The translations under genes and the position numbers were made by a program. 64,000 nt of DNA from Eledone cirrhosa. Taxonomy: Eukaryota. Location: the NCBI GenBank assembly GCA_964016885.1, contig OZ024740.1, positions 331,142,001-331,206,000 on the forward strand. Reading direction: 5' to 3'. Shown here in pieces: positions 39,976 through 53,856 of this stretch. The first letter of the stretch is position 1. Each line of letters opens with the position of its first letter. The notes under the pieces are model-generated. The model was not told the origin of the DNA. It saw nothing but the letters and a program-made list of their open reading frames with translations, and made no database searches.

Positions 39976-40039
39976 ATTTTGTCTGAGGAAGGCATAGCAT
40001 ATTGTTAATATGATATCCCTGAAATATATATAATGAAAT
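39976..40039 (+). ncRNA. type I hammerhead ribozyme
   Basis: attttgt-CTGAGGA-agg.ata.catatt/gtt/aatatg.tat.cct-GAAA-tatata-TA-atgaaat. Confidence 0.75.
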
Positions 40040-40167
40040 AAATATGGTTTTATAAATATAGTTTCCATTTATTTAATATTGTAAATATACTCCAAATACT
40101 TGTCGAGTGCTTTTATATCAGTTATAAATATTTACTAGTTGTAACCCAACAATTTAAATATAAGTTT

Positions 40168-40235
<68 letters not shown>

Positions 40236-40825
40236 GAATGAAAAATGGCGAACTGTGTTGTTGCAATAGGATATATCCTATATGCAACAGCACAGCTAAT
40301 CATTTTTCATTCATATATGCTTTCCCCTTCGCTGTGACCTGTTTTTTTTCTTTTCCCTTACTGCTATATTCTTTCTCTCTCCCCCTTCACTTTCCTTCTC
40401 CCCTTACTTTCACTCACCCCGTCTTCTAGTCACCCGCTCGCGGCTAACCTCTTCCTCACACTTTCACTCACTCACTCTCTGCTACTCACACTCTCTTTCC
40501 CTTTCTCCATCATCGTACACCGTACGAAATTCTTTTCCTCGCTCACATTCGTACGGCCAAGATGTGTCTTTCGTCTTCTCGTCAATATGCTTACGTTCTT
40601 ATGTTCAAAATGAATTATTGACTTGATTTTCTCATTTTTTCCACTCTTTACGTTGCCTCACCATTCGTGTTGGTTTACCTGTGTCTCTTCCTTCACCCAA
40701 CTCTTTTTATCCCAATAATTTATTTCAGTTATTGCATCGCCCTAGCCTGTGGTATATGAACTGTAACGCGAAGAAATACCTATGATGGCTAGTAGACCAC
40801 TAGTACTGGCTTATATATATAGAAA

Positions 40826-41216
40826 CGAGCGGGTTCCGAAAAGGTCATGCAAAAAGGATAGTGTAAGGTTATGCAAAAAGGTGTGTAAGTTATGATGTTT
40901 ATTTCTCAACATATACTCCATTTAAGTCAGTACACCTCAGAAACGTGTACACCCCTTAAATTTGCTCCAGAATGTCAGTAATTTGGCTGCTCTTCCACCC
41001 TAGCTTTACCATTAATTTGATGATTTGATGGAAGCCATGTTACTCGAGCAGGAGCTGATTTCCAACTGGTGCCACAGCGTTGCCACATGCATTTATGGGT
41101 TCATGTTAAAACATTTTGACACGTTAGTACGATAAGGTACATGTGCATTGAGATCAATAACCCTGCATATGACGTTTAGCTCTGTACTTTTTCCACGATT
41201 CTTTTGAAGTCCCCTC

Positions 41217-41217
<1 letters not shown>
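40826..41217. mobile_element. possible non-autonomous mariner/Tc1 relic
   Basis: imperfect TIRs CGAGCGGGTTCCGAAAAG / CTTTTGAAGTCCCCTCG, right end followed by TA; no transposase. Confidence 0.5.
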
Positions 41218-41263
<46 letters not shown>

Positions 41264-41666
41264 ATCATTATAAATAGTGAATGTTGTTTCTTTGTCCGAT
41301 AACCCTCCAATACGCAGACGCAACTCCAGAATAACAAGTCACAATAAAATGAAACCCTACTCCGGTAATAAGTGCACTTTACTCTCAGTCGTCAAACACA
41401 TATTATATATATATATATATATATATCAGAAGAATTTTTATGTTTGTTTATTTGCTTTTTATTTACGGTTTACTAAAAATCTGAACATTCATAATTTATT
41501 ACTATTTCCCCTCCTCGTAAAGAAGTCTAGTTATCAATTACTCTGTGCCCCGGGAAAAGCGCCTTATAAACTAATTTACTTTTTTCAAACTCCAATAAAT
41601 CCGCCATTAATCTTAAAGATACTTCTTGTTATTTCGGTTCTCGTGCTATCGTAAGCCAGCTAAGAA

Positions 41667-42303
41667 TCTATATATACCTACGTACTGTACATCCGACCAT
41701 GTGTGTCACGCTTTCAGTAATATAAATAAAAGTCAAGTGACTTCCGCGAGACGTGCTAAAACAATGGAAGTGGGTTGTAACAATCTACGAAAATCTACGG
41801 CAAAAGAAAATCAAAGAGCGTTGCAACGTTTGGAAATGAGAGAGAGAGAGAGGAAGTTATATTTAGAGAGACGGGGATATAATATAGAGAAAGGGACGGG
41901 TTATTATATATAGAGAGAAGGGGTTTATAATATATATAGAGAGAGGGGGTTATAGTATAGAGAAAGGGATGGGTTTTAATATATATAGAGAAGGGCGTTA
42001 TAATATAGAGAGGGGGTTATAATATAAAGTTGGGTTAAAATATATAGAGAGAGGGGGTTAAATATATATATAGAGAGAGGGGTGCATAATATATAGAGAG
42101 AGGGGGTGCATAATATATAGAGAGGGTGGTTTTAATATAGAGTGAAAGGGATGGGTTTATATATAGAGAGAGGGGTGTTTAATATATTTAGAGAGAAGGG
42201 GTTATGATATAGAGAGAGCGGGTTAGATATATATATAGAGAGAGGGGTGTTATAATATATATAGAGGGGGGATATCTCTCTCAACGCCGGGTTATTCAGC
42301 TAG
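41667..42303 (+). mobile_element. non-autonomous Helitron-like element with internal minisatellite
   Basis: A|TCTATATATA start, CAACGCCGGG..CTAG|T end (hairpin 5' arm decayed); ~25-bp degenerate repeat (tatagagagaggggttataa) at 41860-42270. Confidence 0.7.
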
Positions 42304-42383
42304 TCTATAGTATTATGGATTCCTGTTTCATATACAGCTCTCGAAACGGCCGGAGCTCAGCCGCCGGGGTCCTGAATCTTTTC

Positions 42384-42430
<47 letters not shown>

Positions 42431-43261
42431 GCCTGTGTGTGTGTGTGCGCGTGTGTGTATGTGCACGCGCGCGTGTGTGTGCGTGTTTGTTTCAGTCTGT
42501 GTCTGTGTTCATGCTTCGTAACTTTGGAAAGTTTGAAAAGAAATTCTCACACATGAAAAGAAAGAGCTGGGATCGACATGGCCAACCAAATCATGACATA
42601 AACCATAAAAGAAGAAATGAATACCTCTAATATTATTGGAAGAAAAACAGAACACCGTTTATTATAATGTTACTATATAGAAGTTAAAAGCAATACTGAG
42701 ATTATTGTATCTTGTTTGAGGTATTTTAGTAAGGTATTATATGTGAATATTTCCAAATGTATTGCTTTATCTGTGAGGCATTTGTAAGTGTAATTACAAA
42801 TCTATATGAAATATATTTTCTGGATTACTTCTATTTCTATACCTATAGGTACCATTTTGCTGTCTCAAAAGAATAATCCATGTAGCATATACTTAGAGTT
42901 ACATTTGCGTATTGCTATCCACAAACGTGTCTAATAAAAAAAGATCTTAAATTCCACAGAAGATTCAATGAACTTTATTCATGTTATCGTCATACAACAA
43001 ATGGTAATCATTGATTTTAACACTGTCGTACTTTCGTGATTTCACAATTTTCCTTGATATTCAGAGACATATGAATATATAAACTTCGTCTAATGTTTCG
43101 GAAGTGCTATGACAACAGAGAGAATGTTGCTGCCTAGAAGACATTACTTAATATATTCTGTGTATGTTTATTTTCCAAATATATTTAGATCTACCTAGAA
43201 TTATGGAACCTTTAATCATGCAATAAGACCATATTCTTTCTCATTCTCTTTCTCTCTCTCG

Positions 43262-43342
<81 letters not shown>

Positions 43343-44131
43343 AGCATGGATGTGTGTATATGTGTGTCAGCAGGTGTGGGTTTATAGATCGAATGTTATT
43401 GGCTGTTCGGTTGCATTTTATAATCTCAGTATCGTTAGTTACGTTATGCAGCTTTGCATTCGTCAATATGAATTGTAGTGATTTTTTCTTTCTTTTACCT
43501 TTTGTAATCAAATATCTCTCTAAGATGATTTACATTCTTTGTGGGTTTGGTAGTATGGGTGTATAGATTTCTCGATGTTTGTTGGATTAAAGTTTGAAGT
43601 ATATGGTATAATACTGTTCCGTTTTGTTTTTGTATCAGACAGTTCTTATGCGTTAATTTGATTTGATTTTGTATACTAATATTGATTAAATTCATAGAAT
43701 ATTTTTTATTTATGTGTACTTTTTCAATCCCTCTAGACTGTAGTCTCTTTCTCTTGAGTTTGGAACTATTGCGCCTATTCCTTTAGCTAAAATTGGAGGA
43801 ATGCTTAACGGGTTGTTTGGTATATAAGACGATGAAAACGGAAAAATGTTCGTGTCTCCGAAAGTGAAATGACCCTAACATAACTCCATAATGAAATGAA
43901 TGTTAGAGATTAAATTAGTGATGATAATTAATAGGTTGTACAGTTTATCAATATTCACTCCACTTGTAATAAACAAAGCTTGCATTTATATAAGATCTGA
44001 ATACATTCCTATAGACTTATGCCGGTAATTCAAGGAATTCTACATCATTGCAACTCGAGAATCTTGATTAAATAATTGTTTATGGCTTTGAATATAGACT
44101 GTTTCATTAAATATGAAACTGACTGAAGATT

Positions 44132-44198
<67 letters not shown>

Positions 44199-44473
44199 TT
44201 ATATGATATATATTTATATATATTTATATGATATATATTTGACGAAAGTCGATCGACTGACGATATATATATACACGCACCCACCCCCACACACCCCACA
44301 CACATACACACAGACACACGATGGCTTTGGGGCAAGCAGCATTTTGACTGCTTACTACATATATATATATATATATATAAGAATTAAAATACTAGAGTGT
44401 GTTGGAGTTAAACACCCTCTTCGTATTATAGAAATGACAGTATAAGTATAGCTCAATGTAATTAAACAGAGCC

Positions 44474-44507
<34 letters not shown>

Positions 44508-45746
44508 GGGGGGGGGGTGTATGTGTGTGTGTGTGTATGTGTGAGTGAGGGTGGGGTACATATATGTATATATATATATATATAGTGAGAGAGAGATGGA
44601 GAGAGATATGAAGCGACAGAGAGAAAGAGAGAGAGTTTGTTCCACAACAAATTATCACAACTATGTCGAGGTCACGCGTTTCATCGGGCACATTTTTCAA
44701 CACTTGTTTGGCTGCGGCGAGAACTGAAGTGTATATGCGCTCACTGGAGTCTGCATGATAGACGGCGATATTTTGGTGATAAGGGAGATATTTCAAATAA
44801 AACTGATGGTGGCTGGGGGGGATTTTGTTGTTTGAGTTACATCCAATAGCAGAATTTTAATCGCTGCTCCCAAACTGTGAATTATGTGTTACGTAACTTG
44901 AAACACCCGGGATAACTTTAAATCTTACCCGGAATGAACTAACTAAAACGAAATTTGTCACTCTAACATTAGTCTAATTTGAATTGTCTCCCATATCAGA
45001 AAAATATCGCCGTCCAACGCGCAGAATCGAATTGAGAGTATAACGTACATCAATGGAAAACACGAATGGAGTAGTAACAACCTCACCCCACAATCTAACA
45101 ATCGAGGACAATAGAATGCATTAAATATGAAAATAAAAATAAATAAAAACGTAGGAAAAAATATACAATCTCATTGACAAGACACACATGCACATACCAA
45201 ACACAATGTTACACGCACAATTGCAGACGCAAAAGCATATGCAGACAGGGAAACGTACGAAATGTAGACACAATAAAACCAGAAATAAGAGGTGGCACAA
45301 GGGAAGACAAAAACTACCGAAGATATGACAAAACTACCGAAGATCAAATAACATCGTTGAACTAAGTAAATTACTAAGAATAAAGCGGAAGTGAAATATT
45401 GCCACAGTTTTCATTGGTAATGTTGGCAAGATGACCCTCCCAAATATATAACAATATATATAGACATAACGCAATCATTAACAAGACCAGACCCTAGGTA
45501 ACACATTCATTGTGTTATATATTTTTAATGCAATGCAGGGTATTGATATGTGAACGGTTTAGTATACGATACTGCTCTATATAAAACCGGGGACACATAT
45601 AGAGCAGTATCGCCACCTAGCCACAATAGCAGAATCACCACCTAGCCACAATCAAACACATTTATTTAGGCATTGAGTATTGATTCTCACGTACCCGCAA
45701 AATACAGAGATATGTATATATATATATATATATAGGAACGAGTAGG

Positions 45747-45840
45747 ACCCCGACGGCTGAGCACAAGCCGTTTCGACGGCTAATTCAGGACTAAGTGAAA
45801 ATTTATCCTGGTATTTGAATAGCCGAACTTCTCAAGGGGT
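45747..45840 (-). ncRNA. type I hammerhead ribozyme, U3-A8 core variant
   Basis: minus: acccc-TTGAGAA-gtt-cggcta..cagga/tcctg..tagccg-tc-GAAAC-ggc..gcc-GTC-ggggt. Confidence 0.75.
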
Positions 45841-46421
45841 AATTCCATATATGGTCAAAGTGATTGTCACAGGGATTGGTCAAAAAGTTAGTAGTTGAGA
45901 CATAATAATTCTATGATGACAATTTGTGGGGGGAAGGGGTAGCCTAACCTGCCAGTAGGAGAAAGAGGGAGAGGGGGTGGAGGAGACCCGTTCATGCGTT
46001 GATAGTGCCGGCTACAGCTGGGCGTGAGGTCAAAGAAGATACTAGGGAGGGGTAGGGGGAGGAAGTCGAAACAACAAGTAGAACAATGAGGGGTAAATAT
46101 ATAGAAAAAAAAACTGATAGCGTTAAAAAGCGATTAAATGTAAAAAAGAAAATAAACGAATTCTGGTTACTACGACCTAAGTCTTTCACTATTGCTATGC
46201 CTAAGAAATATATTAGGTGGGACGAAATTAAAAAGAGACCCTTTAAGAGGTATAAGTACATATCAAACGGTGACAGGTCTACAAGTGAGGGGCCAAAATA
46301 CTAAAGAAACTACCACGAAATAATAAAGGTTTCTACCCCAGGCACAAGGCCAGCAACTACCCAGTGCAAAAAAGTAAACTAGTAAGAAATAATAATTCAG
46401 AGTCTCGAAAAAGAATACTAA

Positions 46422-46469
<48 letters not shown>

Positions 46470-46473
<4 letters not shown>

Positions 46474-47084
46474 AACCACATTGTTAATAAGACAAAACCT
46501 ACATATTTGCTACCATTGATATGCATCTGTGTGTATATAAATGTTACTAGATATAAATTCCTTATAATTATCTCCAATTCATTTGTCGAGCAATATTTGG
46601 CCATGACTGCTACTATGGTAGTAAGCTGGCCGCTGTCTTAATAACCACTCGCTTTCCACTGATTGACCTCGATGTCACGTGATTGAATCTTTTTGAATTT
46701 GCCACAGACGTAGAGGCAGTGATTTTCTCAATGGCTTGGAATCCAGTCCACGCTTAGCTATTTCCATTTCACTGAATTATTTTTTTAATAAGTTTCCAGT
46801 GTCCTCGCTATGCCTGGAGACCTATACGGAAAAAGACTTTCCTGATGACGGAATGATTTTCTATATGTTTCTTCGGAAAATATATTTACTCCATTCCAGA
46901 AACTAATTAGTTGGAAGTGATTTTTTAGTAAGTAAGTTAATTTTATAATTTTCTTATTTTACGTCTCACATATTATTGTTCTGCAACCCCATGCATTGAA
47001 CCACATTGTTAATAAGACAAAACCCATATATTTGCTAGCATTGATATGCATCTGTGTGTATATAAATGTTACTAGATATAAATT

Positions 47085-47090
<6 letters not shown>
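46470..47090 (+). mobile_element. HHR-bearing ~525-bp non-coding monomer preceded by a partial direct repeat
   Basis: 46471-46567 repeats at 46996-47090 (period 525); (TA)n on both sides; homolog of 36247-37092. Confidence 0.8.
46836..46918 (+). ncRNA. type I hammerhead ribozyme
   Basis: actttc-CTGATGA-c-ggaatg...cattcc-a-GAAAC-taatta-GTT-ggaagt. Confidence 0.85.
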
Positions 47091-47156
<66 letters not shown>

Positions 47157-47715
47157 GTGTGTGTATATGTATGTATGTGTATGTATGTGTGTGTATGAGT
47201 GTGTGCATATATATAAATGTATATAAGATTTTGCGTATACAAGGTTTTGCGTATGTATGTGTGCGCGCGTATGTCCGACCAGATATATGGCGCGACTTAA
47301 GCAGCCGTTATAAGGCTTGTGGCGATATGTATCTAGAAGTGAGGAGAGCGTGTGTGTGTATATATACATATATGTATGTGTGTGGGGGGGGGTCTACGCA
47401 TGTATGCGTACGTGTGTGTATGCACGAAAGAGTCTGCGTCTGCATGCGTGTGTATATGTGTGTGTATATTCGTATGTGTAGGTGCCTGTTCTGGAGTGTG
47501 AAAAGACGTGTGAGATACTGAACCCAGCTTCACTCTATTGAAGTATGTCGGACGGAAAGTGGCTGATTACCCGTGTAACAGTAAATAATGACCAGAACTT
47601 ATGATGACATGGAGTAAAAACAGCCAATAGCATAACAAGAGTGGAAGAGGGTTTTTTGGGGGTGTTTTTTTTATTATAACACCCCAGTGATAACATTTGC
47701 TCCGAAGGAACTACA

Positions 47716-47806
47716 CGTGTCTGAAAGAACCTGCAGTCGTAGAATCAGCCAGATCCATACAGGGATCATGTCTCGAGCTACCTGCCGGCGAAACAATTGT
47801 AACGCG
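47716..47806 (+). ncRNA. candidate type I hammerhead (core CTGAAAGA, one extra nt)
   Basis: cgtgt-CTGAAAGA-acc.gcag..gtag...ctac.ctgc.gg-c-GAAAC-aatt-GTA-acgcg. Confidence 0.6.
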
Positions 47807-47853
47807 CAATAAATTAAGTCCAGATGCATCACTGATTTTTCGTTTCCTTCATA

Positions 47854-47905
<52 letters not shown>

Positions 47906-48173
47906 AATAGAATGAAATGAAATGAAATTTCTCACTCTTAGTACGGCAGTTACTTAAGTGTAAGTATGTATGTATGCATACATACATATATGTAACAGAC
48001 GTACAGTAGTATGTATATATATACATACATGCACACACATATATATATATATGCACGTATCGCTTTACTGAACATTTATTATAATGCTCGGTTTGTTTGT
48101 AAACAAACAGCCCGCATTACGCCGTACAGTGTTTAGGCAACCACGTCACCTTTTGTTCAATAAGGACACAGGA

Positions 48174-48216
48174 ACGATGTTCTAGTTTCAAGCTTATTAG
48201 TTATCGTCAGCATCGT
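48174..48216 (-). ncRNA. hammerhead homolog of 12264-12306 with mutated cleavage triplet
   Basis: minus: acgatg-CTGACGA-taactaataagctt-GAAAC-ta-GAA-catcgt. Confidence 0.65.
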
Positions 48217-48503
48217 ATACCTTCCTGCCAGATGGTTGAACGTCTGAAAGTATATACTTTTCTTATGCATATTAGCGGCTGAGTAGTCTAATTTGCATAT
48301 CGAGCGAGTTTAGTCGGCCGGGCGCACCGGAAACGATAAATGGAATAGAATGAAACAAAATTTCATTTCTCACTCTTAGTACGGCAGTTACTTAAATGTA
48401 AGTATGTATGTATACGTACATAAATATATGTATACAGACGTATAGTAATATGTATATGTATATATACATATTACTGTACGTCTGTATACATATATTTATG
48501 TAC

Positions 48504-48589
<86 letters not shown>

Positions 48590-48700
48590 TCAGGTTATCA
48601 ATAATGTAGTGATAATATATCGTTACGTTAGAGATGAACAGCGTACGTGCAGGTTTGCTCAACGAGTATAAATTATATTCCGGAGAAAATGTAGAAAGCA

Positions 48701-49271
48701 TGAATATAAAAGGAAAGTGCTTTTTTAAAATGGAATCTATTAGGTATTGACATATGTTTCTGTAACAGACTCAATACCTATGTATCGCTGCTTGCGTAAT
48801 CATATAATGTTAGCAAGTATTCGATAGCAAATGCATAATCAGTTGTCACTTCTTCAGAGATTTAATACTACTGCACCAAATGACCAGCCCTGTCCACTGT
48901 CCAGTTGGTCAAGTAGAGATTAAAATTGGCACTCCCAAAATTCTTATTTAGATTTACTCATGGTATTCTCATTAGAAACCCATTATATACTTGTTTAGCA
49001 GTAAATTAATTTACCATCTGTCATATAGTATCCCCTCTGTTTCTTCCTCTATTACTAATATAAATACCTCAATTTTTCTGATGTTATCCAATTTATCCAA
49101 AATCTCTGAAGAAGTGACAACTGATTATACAGTTGCTATCGAATACTTGCTAACATTATATGATTACGCAAGCAGCGATACATAGGTATTCAGTCTGTTA
49201 CTGAAATATATGTCAATACCTAATAGATTCCTTTTTTAAAAAAAGCACTTTCATTTTATATTCATCCTTTC

Positions 49272-49272
<1 letters not shown>
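48701..49272 (+). mobile_element. 5'-truncated copy of the 21645-23462 PLE with inverted 3' segment
   Basis: 48863-49272 near-identical to 23055-23462; 48701-48862 is the reverse complement of 49100-49264. Confidence 0.88.
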
Positions 49273-49302
<30 letters not shown>

Positions 49303-49459
49303 TATATATATATATATATATAATAAAATATAGAGAAAATACTGCAGGTAGCACATGGATAACATATATATATACTAAGCCATGTGCTAGTGGACGCCAG
49401 ACAGACTGGTCGGTCAAGGATATATATATATATCTATGTATGTATATTATATATATATA

Positions 49460-50515
49460 ATATACCGTGACGACGGATTGGCAGTTTCTCATACCAACAA
49501 CGGCCATAACCTTGATAAATTCCGTAAAGATTTAATCAATACTTTTGCTGATATAATCCTTAAAATTACTATAGATACGAACCTTACCAATGCTAACTTT
49601 CTTGACATTAATCTTGATCTACTTACTGCCTCTATTAAACCTTATCATAACCCTAACGAAAATCTTAGATATATACACAAAGAGTCTTGCCATCCCCCTA
49701 TAGTTTAAAAAAATCTCATTTGCAATATTAGCCTTAGGATTTCTCCCTTATCTTCGTCTCGAGACATTTTTAACAAAGCCGCCCCTTATTATAATAAAGC
49801 CTTTAATAACAGCGGCTTTACCGAACATATTAAATATTTACCTATTCCTCCCTCTAAAACTAATCACAATAATAGAAAAAGGAACATTATTTGGTTTACA
49901 CCCCCCTTCTCTCTAAATGTCAAAACTAATGTAGGAAATTCCTTGACCGCTTAGACAAACATTTTCCTCCTAATCATAGATATTATAAGATATTTAAAAG
50001 AAATGCAGTTAAAATCAGTTACTCTTGCTGCCCATCAATGTGGTCTAAAATCACTAATTCTAATCGTACGAGAATAAATCCAGGATGCAGTTGCAGGAAG
50101 CCGGATGAATACCCATTACTGGGCAAATGTAACACCAAATCCGTTGTATATGAGGTAGGCCAAAGGGACACCTTTTCTTAATAACCAGCCAGGCAGGAGT
50201 GAACGATATGTTGGCATGACTCAGGACAGGTTCAAAACCAGGTTTTATGCACATGTCGCTTCCTTTAAACACTCTCATAAAAGAACAGCAACGGCTCTAG
50301 CAAATAAGGTGTGGGAATTCAAGGATAAAAACATCCCGTACTCTATCGATTGGTCTATTTTAAACCATTCGAGGGAGTACCAAAGGAGCACAAAGAATTG
50401 TTCTTTGTGTACCACTGAACATTTTTGGATTCTACAAAAATTGAAAGCCACTTCAACTTGCCTGAACTCCAAGACCGAGATCTTCAGATGTTGTCCTCAC
50501 CTAAATTCAATATGA
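49460..50515 (+). pseudogene. Penelope-like RT + GIY-YIG ORF remnant
   Basis: YRDDGL catalytic motif; ANFLDINLDL; HPP; RNIIWFTPPFS; KHFP; CSC..PL.GKC..VVY; YVGMT..FKTRF..H; CSLC..E; LNSKTE..CPH. Confidence 0.9.
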
Positions 50516-51446
50516 TCTGTAACTGGATTGACATTACTACGATGACTCAACCACCTTGAACTTCTTCTCTGCTCTCTACGCCTTACATCCACTACGATTT
50601 TTATTACTTTCCGAACTCACTTTCTGTACTCTTATATTCTTTTTCTCCCTTACCTCCCCTTATATTTAAACTTTTTCCTATGTCATTTATTTTCTTTTTC
50701 CCCCCTACTTTGTACCTTACTCTTTTCCATACCCACTTTTTTTATTTATAGATATTTATTTGTGTGTATATATGTGTTGTGTATATGTGTATATAAGTTT
50801 ATATATATGTATATATATGTATATGTATATGTATATATAATTATATATATCTGTATGTATATGTATGTGTGTATTTAGTTGTATTTTATATATAGCCGTA
50901 TGTTATGTGTGTGCATATATATATATATATATGTGTGTGTGGGTGTGTGTGTTTATATGTGTGTGTGTATTTTTTATTAAGGTGGTGACGTAACCTTTTG
51001 GAGATATGTGTGTGTGTGTGTATTTTTATTTATATGTATGTGTTTATATGTGTATATATGTAATTGCATCAGAGACGGCTTGAGCTCTGCCGTCGGGTTT
51101 ATACTTTTTCCTATATGTATACATATATATATATATATATGTATGTGTATGTATATATATGTATATATGTGTGTATTTGTATGGTTTTGTGTGCGTGTGT
51201 ATGTGTGTGTGTATATATATATATATGTATATGTATATGCATAATTACATACAGAGTTATTTAATGTTTATTTTCATTGATTATTTGCTCCAGGAACTTG
51301 CTGAGTGCTCTATATCAGCTATACACATTTATACCTTTATCTATTTATTTATTTATTTATTATTTGTCGTATTCCCAACTATTTGTTTACCCCTTTCACG
51401 TTTTTATTTTTTTTATATATATATATATAATATTTATGTATTTTCT

Positions 51447-51487
<41 letters not shown>

Positions 51488-51650
51488 GTGTGTATAAAAA
51501 AGAAGTAGGATTTCGCTTCAAGCACAGCTTTATACAATATGTATAAATATTTCGTATCTCCAAGGAAATACGGTTTTAGGAAGCCGTAGCTATGCAAACA
51601 CCGGGGCACTAACGCCCTCTGGTGATGTCCAGCAGAAGCAAGGGGGACAA

Positions 51651-51692
51651 CCGTCTATGCATTTCAGGCTTAACTGGCCTTCGTCAGGACGG
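51651..51692 (-). ncRNA. minimal type I hammerhead ribozyme
   Basis: minus: ccgtc-CTGACGA-aggc/cagttaa/gcct-GAAA-tgca-TA-gacgg; palindromic stem III atgcat; stem I extendable (ggggg/ccccc, gcaag/cttgc). Confidence 0.9.
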
Positions 51693-51970
51693 ACCCTCCC
51701 CCGCTTGCGATTGATGGATTAGAAGACAGCCGAGAATATATACATGTCTCGTCTGTGTAAATGAGGTGATTAATCTCATTTGTATATGAAGCTGCATAAG
51801 TTGGCTCAATAAAAAAGATATATATACATATATATATATATATATACATATATACATATACATATATATATATATATATTTAAGAGTTAAACAAGGTTCA
51901 ATGAATACATCTAAGAATGAGTTTTACACACATACATCTGTGTGTATGTATGTGTGTGTGTGTGTATGCG

Positions 51971-52044
<74 letters not shown>

Positions 52045-52237
52045 GATAAATCTACCAAGAGTTGGCATGTGTATGCATGTGAGCATATATCTTTGTATAA
52101 ATATGTGTATGAAGTTAATTACATGTATATACACACACCAAACTGCATAAAATTTTTTGTATTTTCATTGGTCAATTTGAACTCCGTTCCCAAACGGACC
52201 TGAAATTTTGAATTGTTGTTATTATCAATAAATATAT

Positions 52238-52392
52238 TTCATTATTTCTGAAGACGGCATATATGTGTGTTTGGTATGTATATTTAATCTTGATAGTTTG
52301 TATAATTTTGTATAATTTTGTACATAGATCTGTTGAATATGCATGCCAATTCTAACACATATATATCCTAGAAACGATCGTTAAATAATGAA
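52238..52392 (+). ncRNA. type I hammerhead with ~115-nt stem II
   Basis: ttcattattt-CTGAAGA-...-GAAAC-gatc-GTT-aaataatgaa; 10-bp perfect stem I; palindromic stem III. Confidence 0.78.
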
Positions 52393-52451
52393 CTTTTTTT
52401 GTTTAATATAAGGAACTGTTTCATTGTTTTATTCATTATATTTTTAATATG

Positions 52452-52507
<56 letters not shown>

Positions 52508-53039
52508 GTATATGTGTATGTATGTATATGTATGTATCACTGTCAACGTTATAATAATTTTTACATTTATTTATATTTTCTATGTGACGGCCTATATGGT
52601 CGTCTATTGTTTTTTATTTATATTATTATATTTTTTCCTATTATTATATGTGTGTGCGCGTATGTAGGTGTGTGTACATATATCTATATTTGTATGTGCG
52701 TATGTATGCGTGTGTATGTATGTGTGTGTATGTACGTGTGTATATATGTATGAGTATGTGTGTTTGTATATTTATATATATATATATATATAAATAAAAA
52801 CAAATAAATAATCGAGAATCGAAATCTCGGCCCACGAAATCACGAAACATAATCTTCGAAATGTGTGGCAGAGGGCTCAATAGTTTGGGTAAACCAATAT
52901 ATATATATATATATATATACATGCGTGTGTGGGTGTTTGTGTATTTGTGTGTTTGTGTATGTATGGATATGTGGATATATATGTGTGTATATATGTATAT
53001 GTATATGTATGTATATTTGACCGTGTATATATATATGTG

Positions 53040-53110
<71 letters not shown>

Positions 53111-53125
53111 ATATATATATATATG

Positions 53126-53184
<59 letters not shown>

Positions 53185-53357
53185 ATGAATATGTATGCGT
53201 GCGTGTGTGTAGGTGTAGGTGTGTGTGTGCGTGTGCATGTGCATGTGTGTTTATCTACTTTTATACTTTTCCTTTCCTTCTTCCTTTTCCAGCCTCACTT
53301 TCATATAGATTATATTTTTGTTTTTAAAATCCAATGTCAATAAATACACCAGGATCT

Positions 53358-53418
53358 TTTCATTCTGATGATTGAAAGCAAATTTTGTTTGCTCTCAAGT
53401 AAGCACTGGTAAATGAAA
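53358..53418 (+). ncRNA. degenerate hammerhead (GAAA mutated to GTAA)
   Basis: tttcatt-CTGATGA-ttga.agcaaa/tttgct.tcaa-GTAA-gcactgg-TA-aatgaaa. Confidence 0.6.
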
Positions 53419-53821
53419 TAATTATCTTATGTTGTTTATTGCATAATTATTAAGCTCTGTAACCTACATAGCGCACTCTTTTTTCCTGGATCTTTCCGAC
53501 GGAATTACTTCATTTATATATATATATAACGAATATATTTCTGTGGAAGCGAATTAACACTTAATATGCTCTCATATAATGCATTATAAATTTCAGGAAA
53601 TGCTTTTCGTTTCTCTTTCTACCTTCCGTGTTGAGTTGCCATCTAATTTAAAGTATGCTTTATTTATCAGTCTTTTTCTTTTTTTTTTCATTTTTTTACC
53701 CTAACAATTTTGCATTACTTGGCATTTTTTCTAAATTCAATCTACCATATTTTATTTCAACATTGAATCTATATATACAACTCATTTTTAAAATCAATTC
53801 ATTCAAAATACAAACACACAC

Positions 53822-53856
<35 letters not shown>

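Noticed and set aside
44665-44750. Minus-strand GAAACGCGT palindrome as an HHR
   Set aside because: No properly placed CUGANGA or stem I, and the triplet would be GUG
52860-52900. Mariner-like TIR (TATTGGTTTACCCAAA, minus strand)
   Set aside because: No partner TIR found
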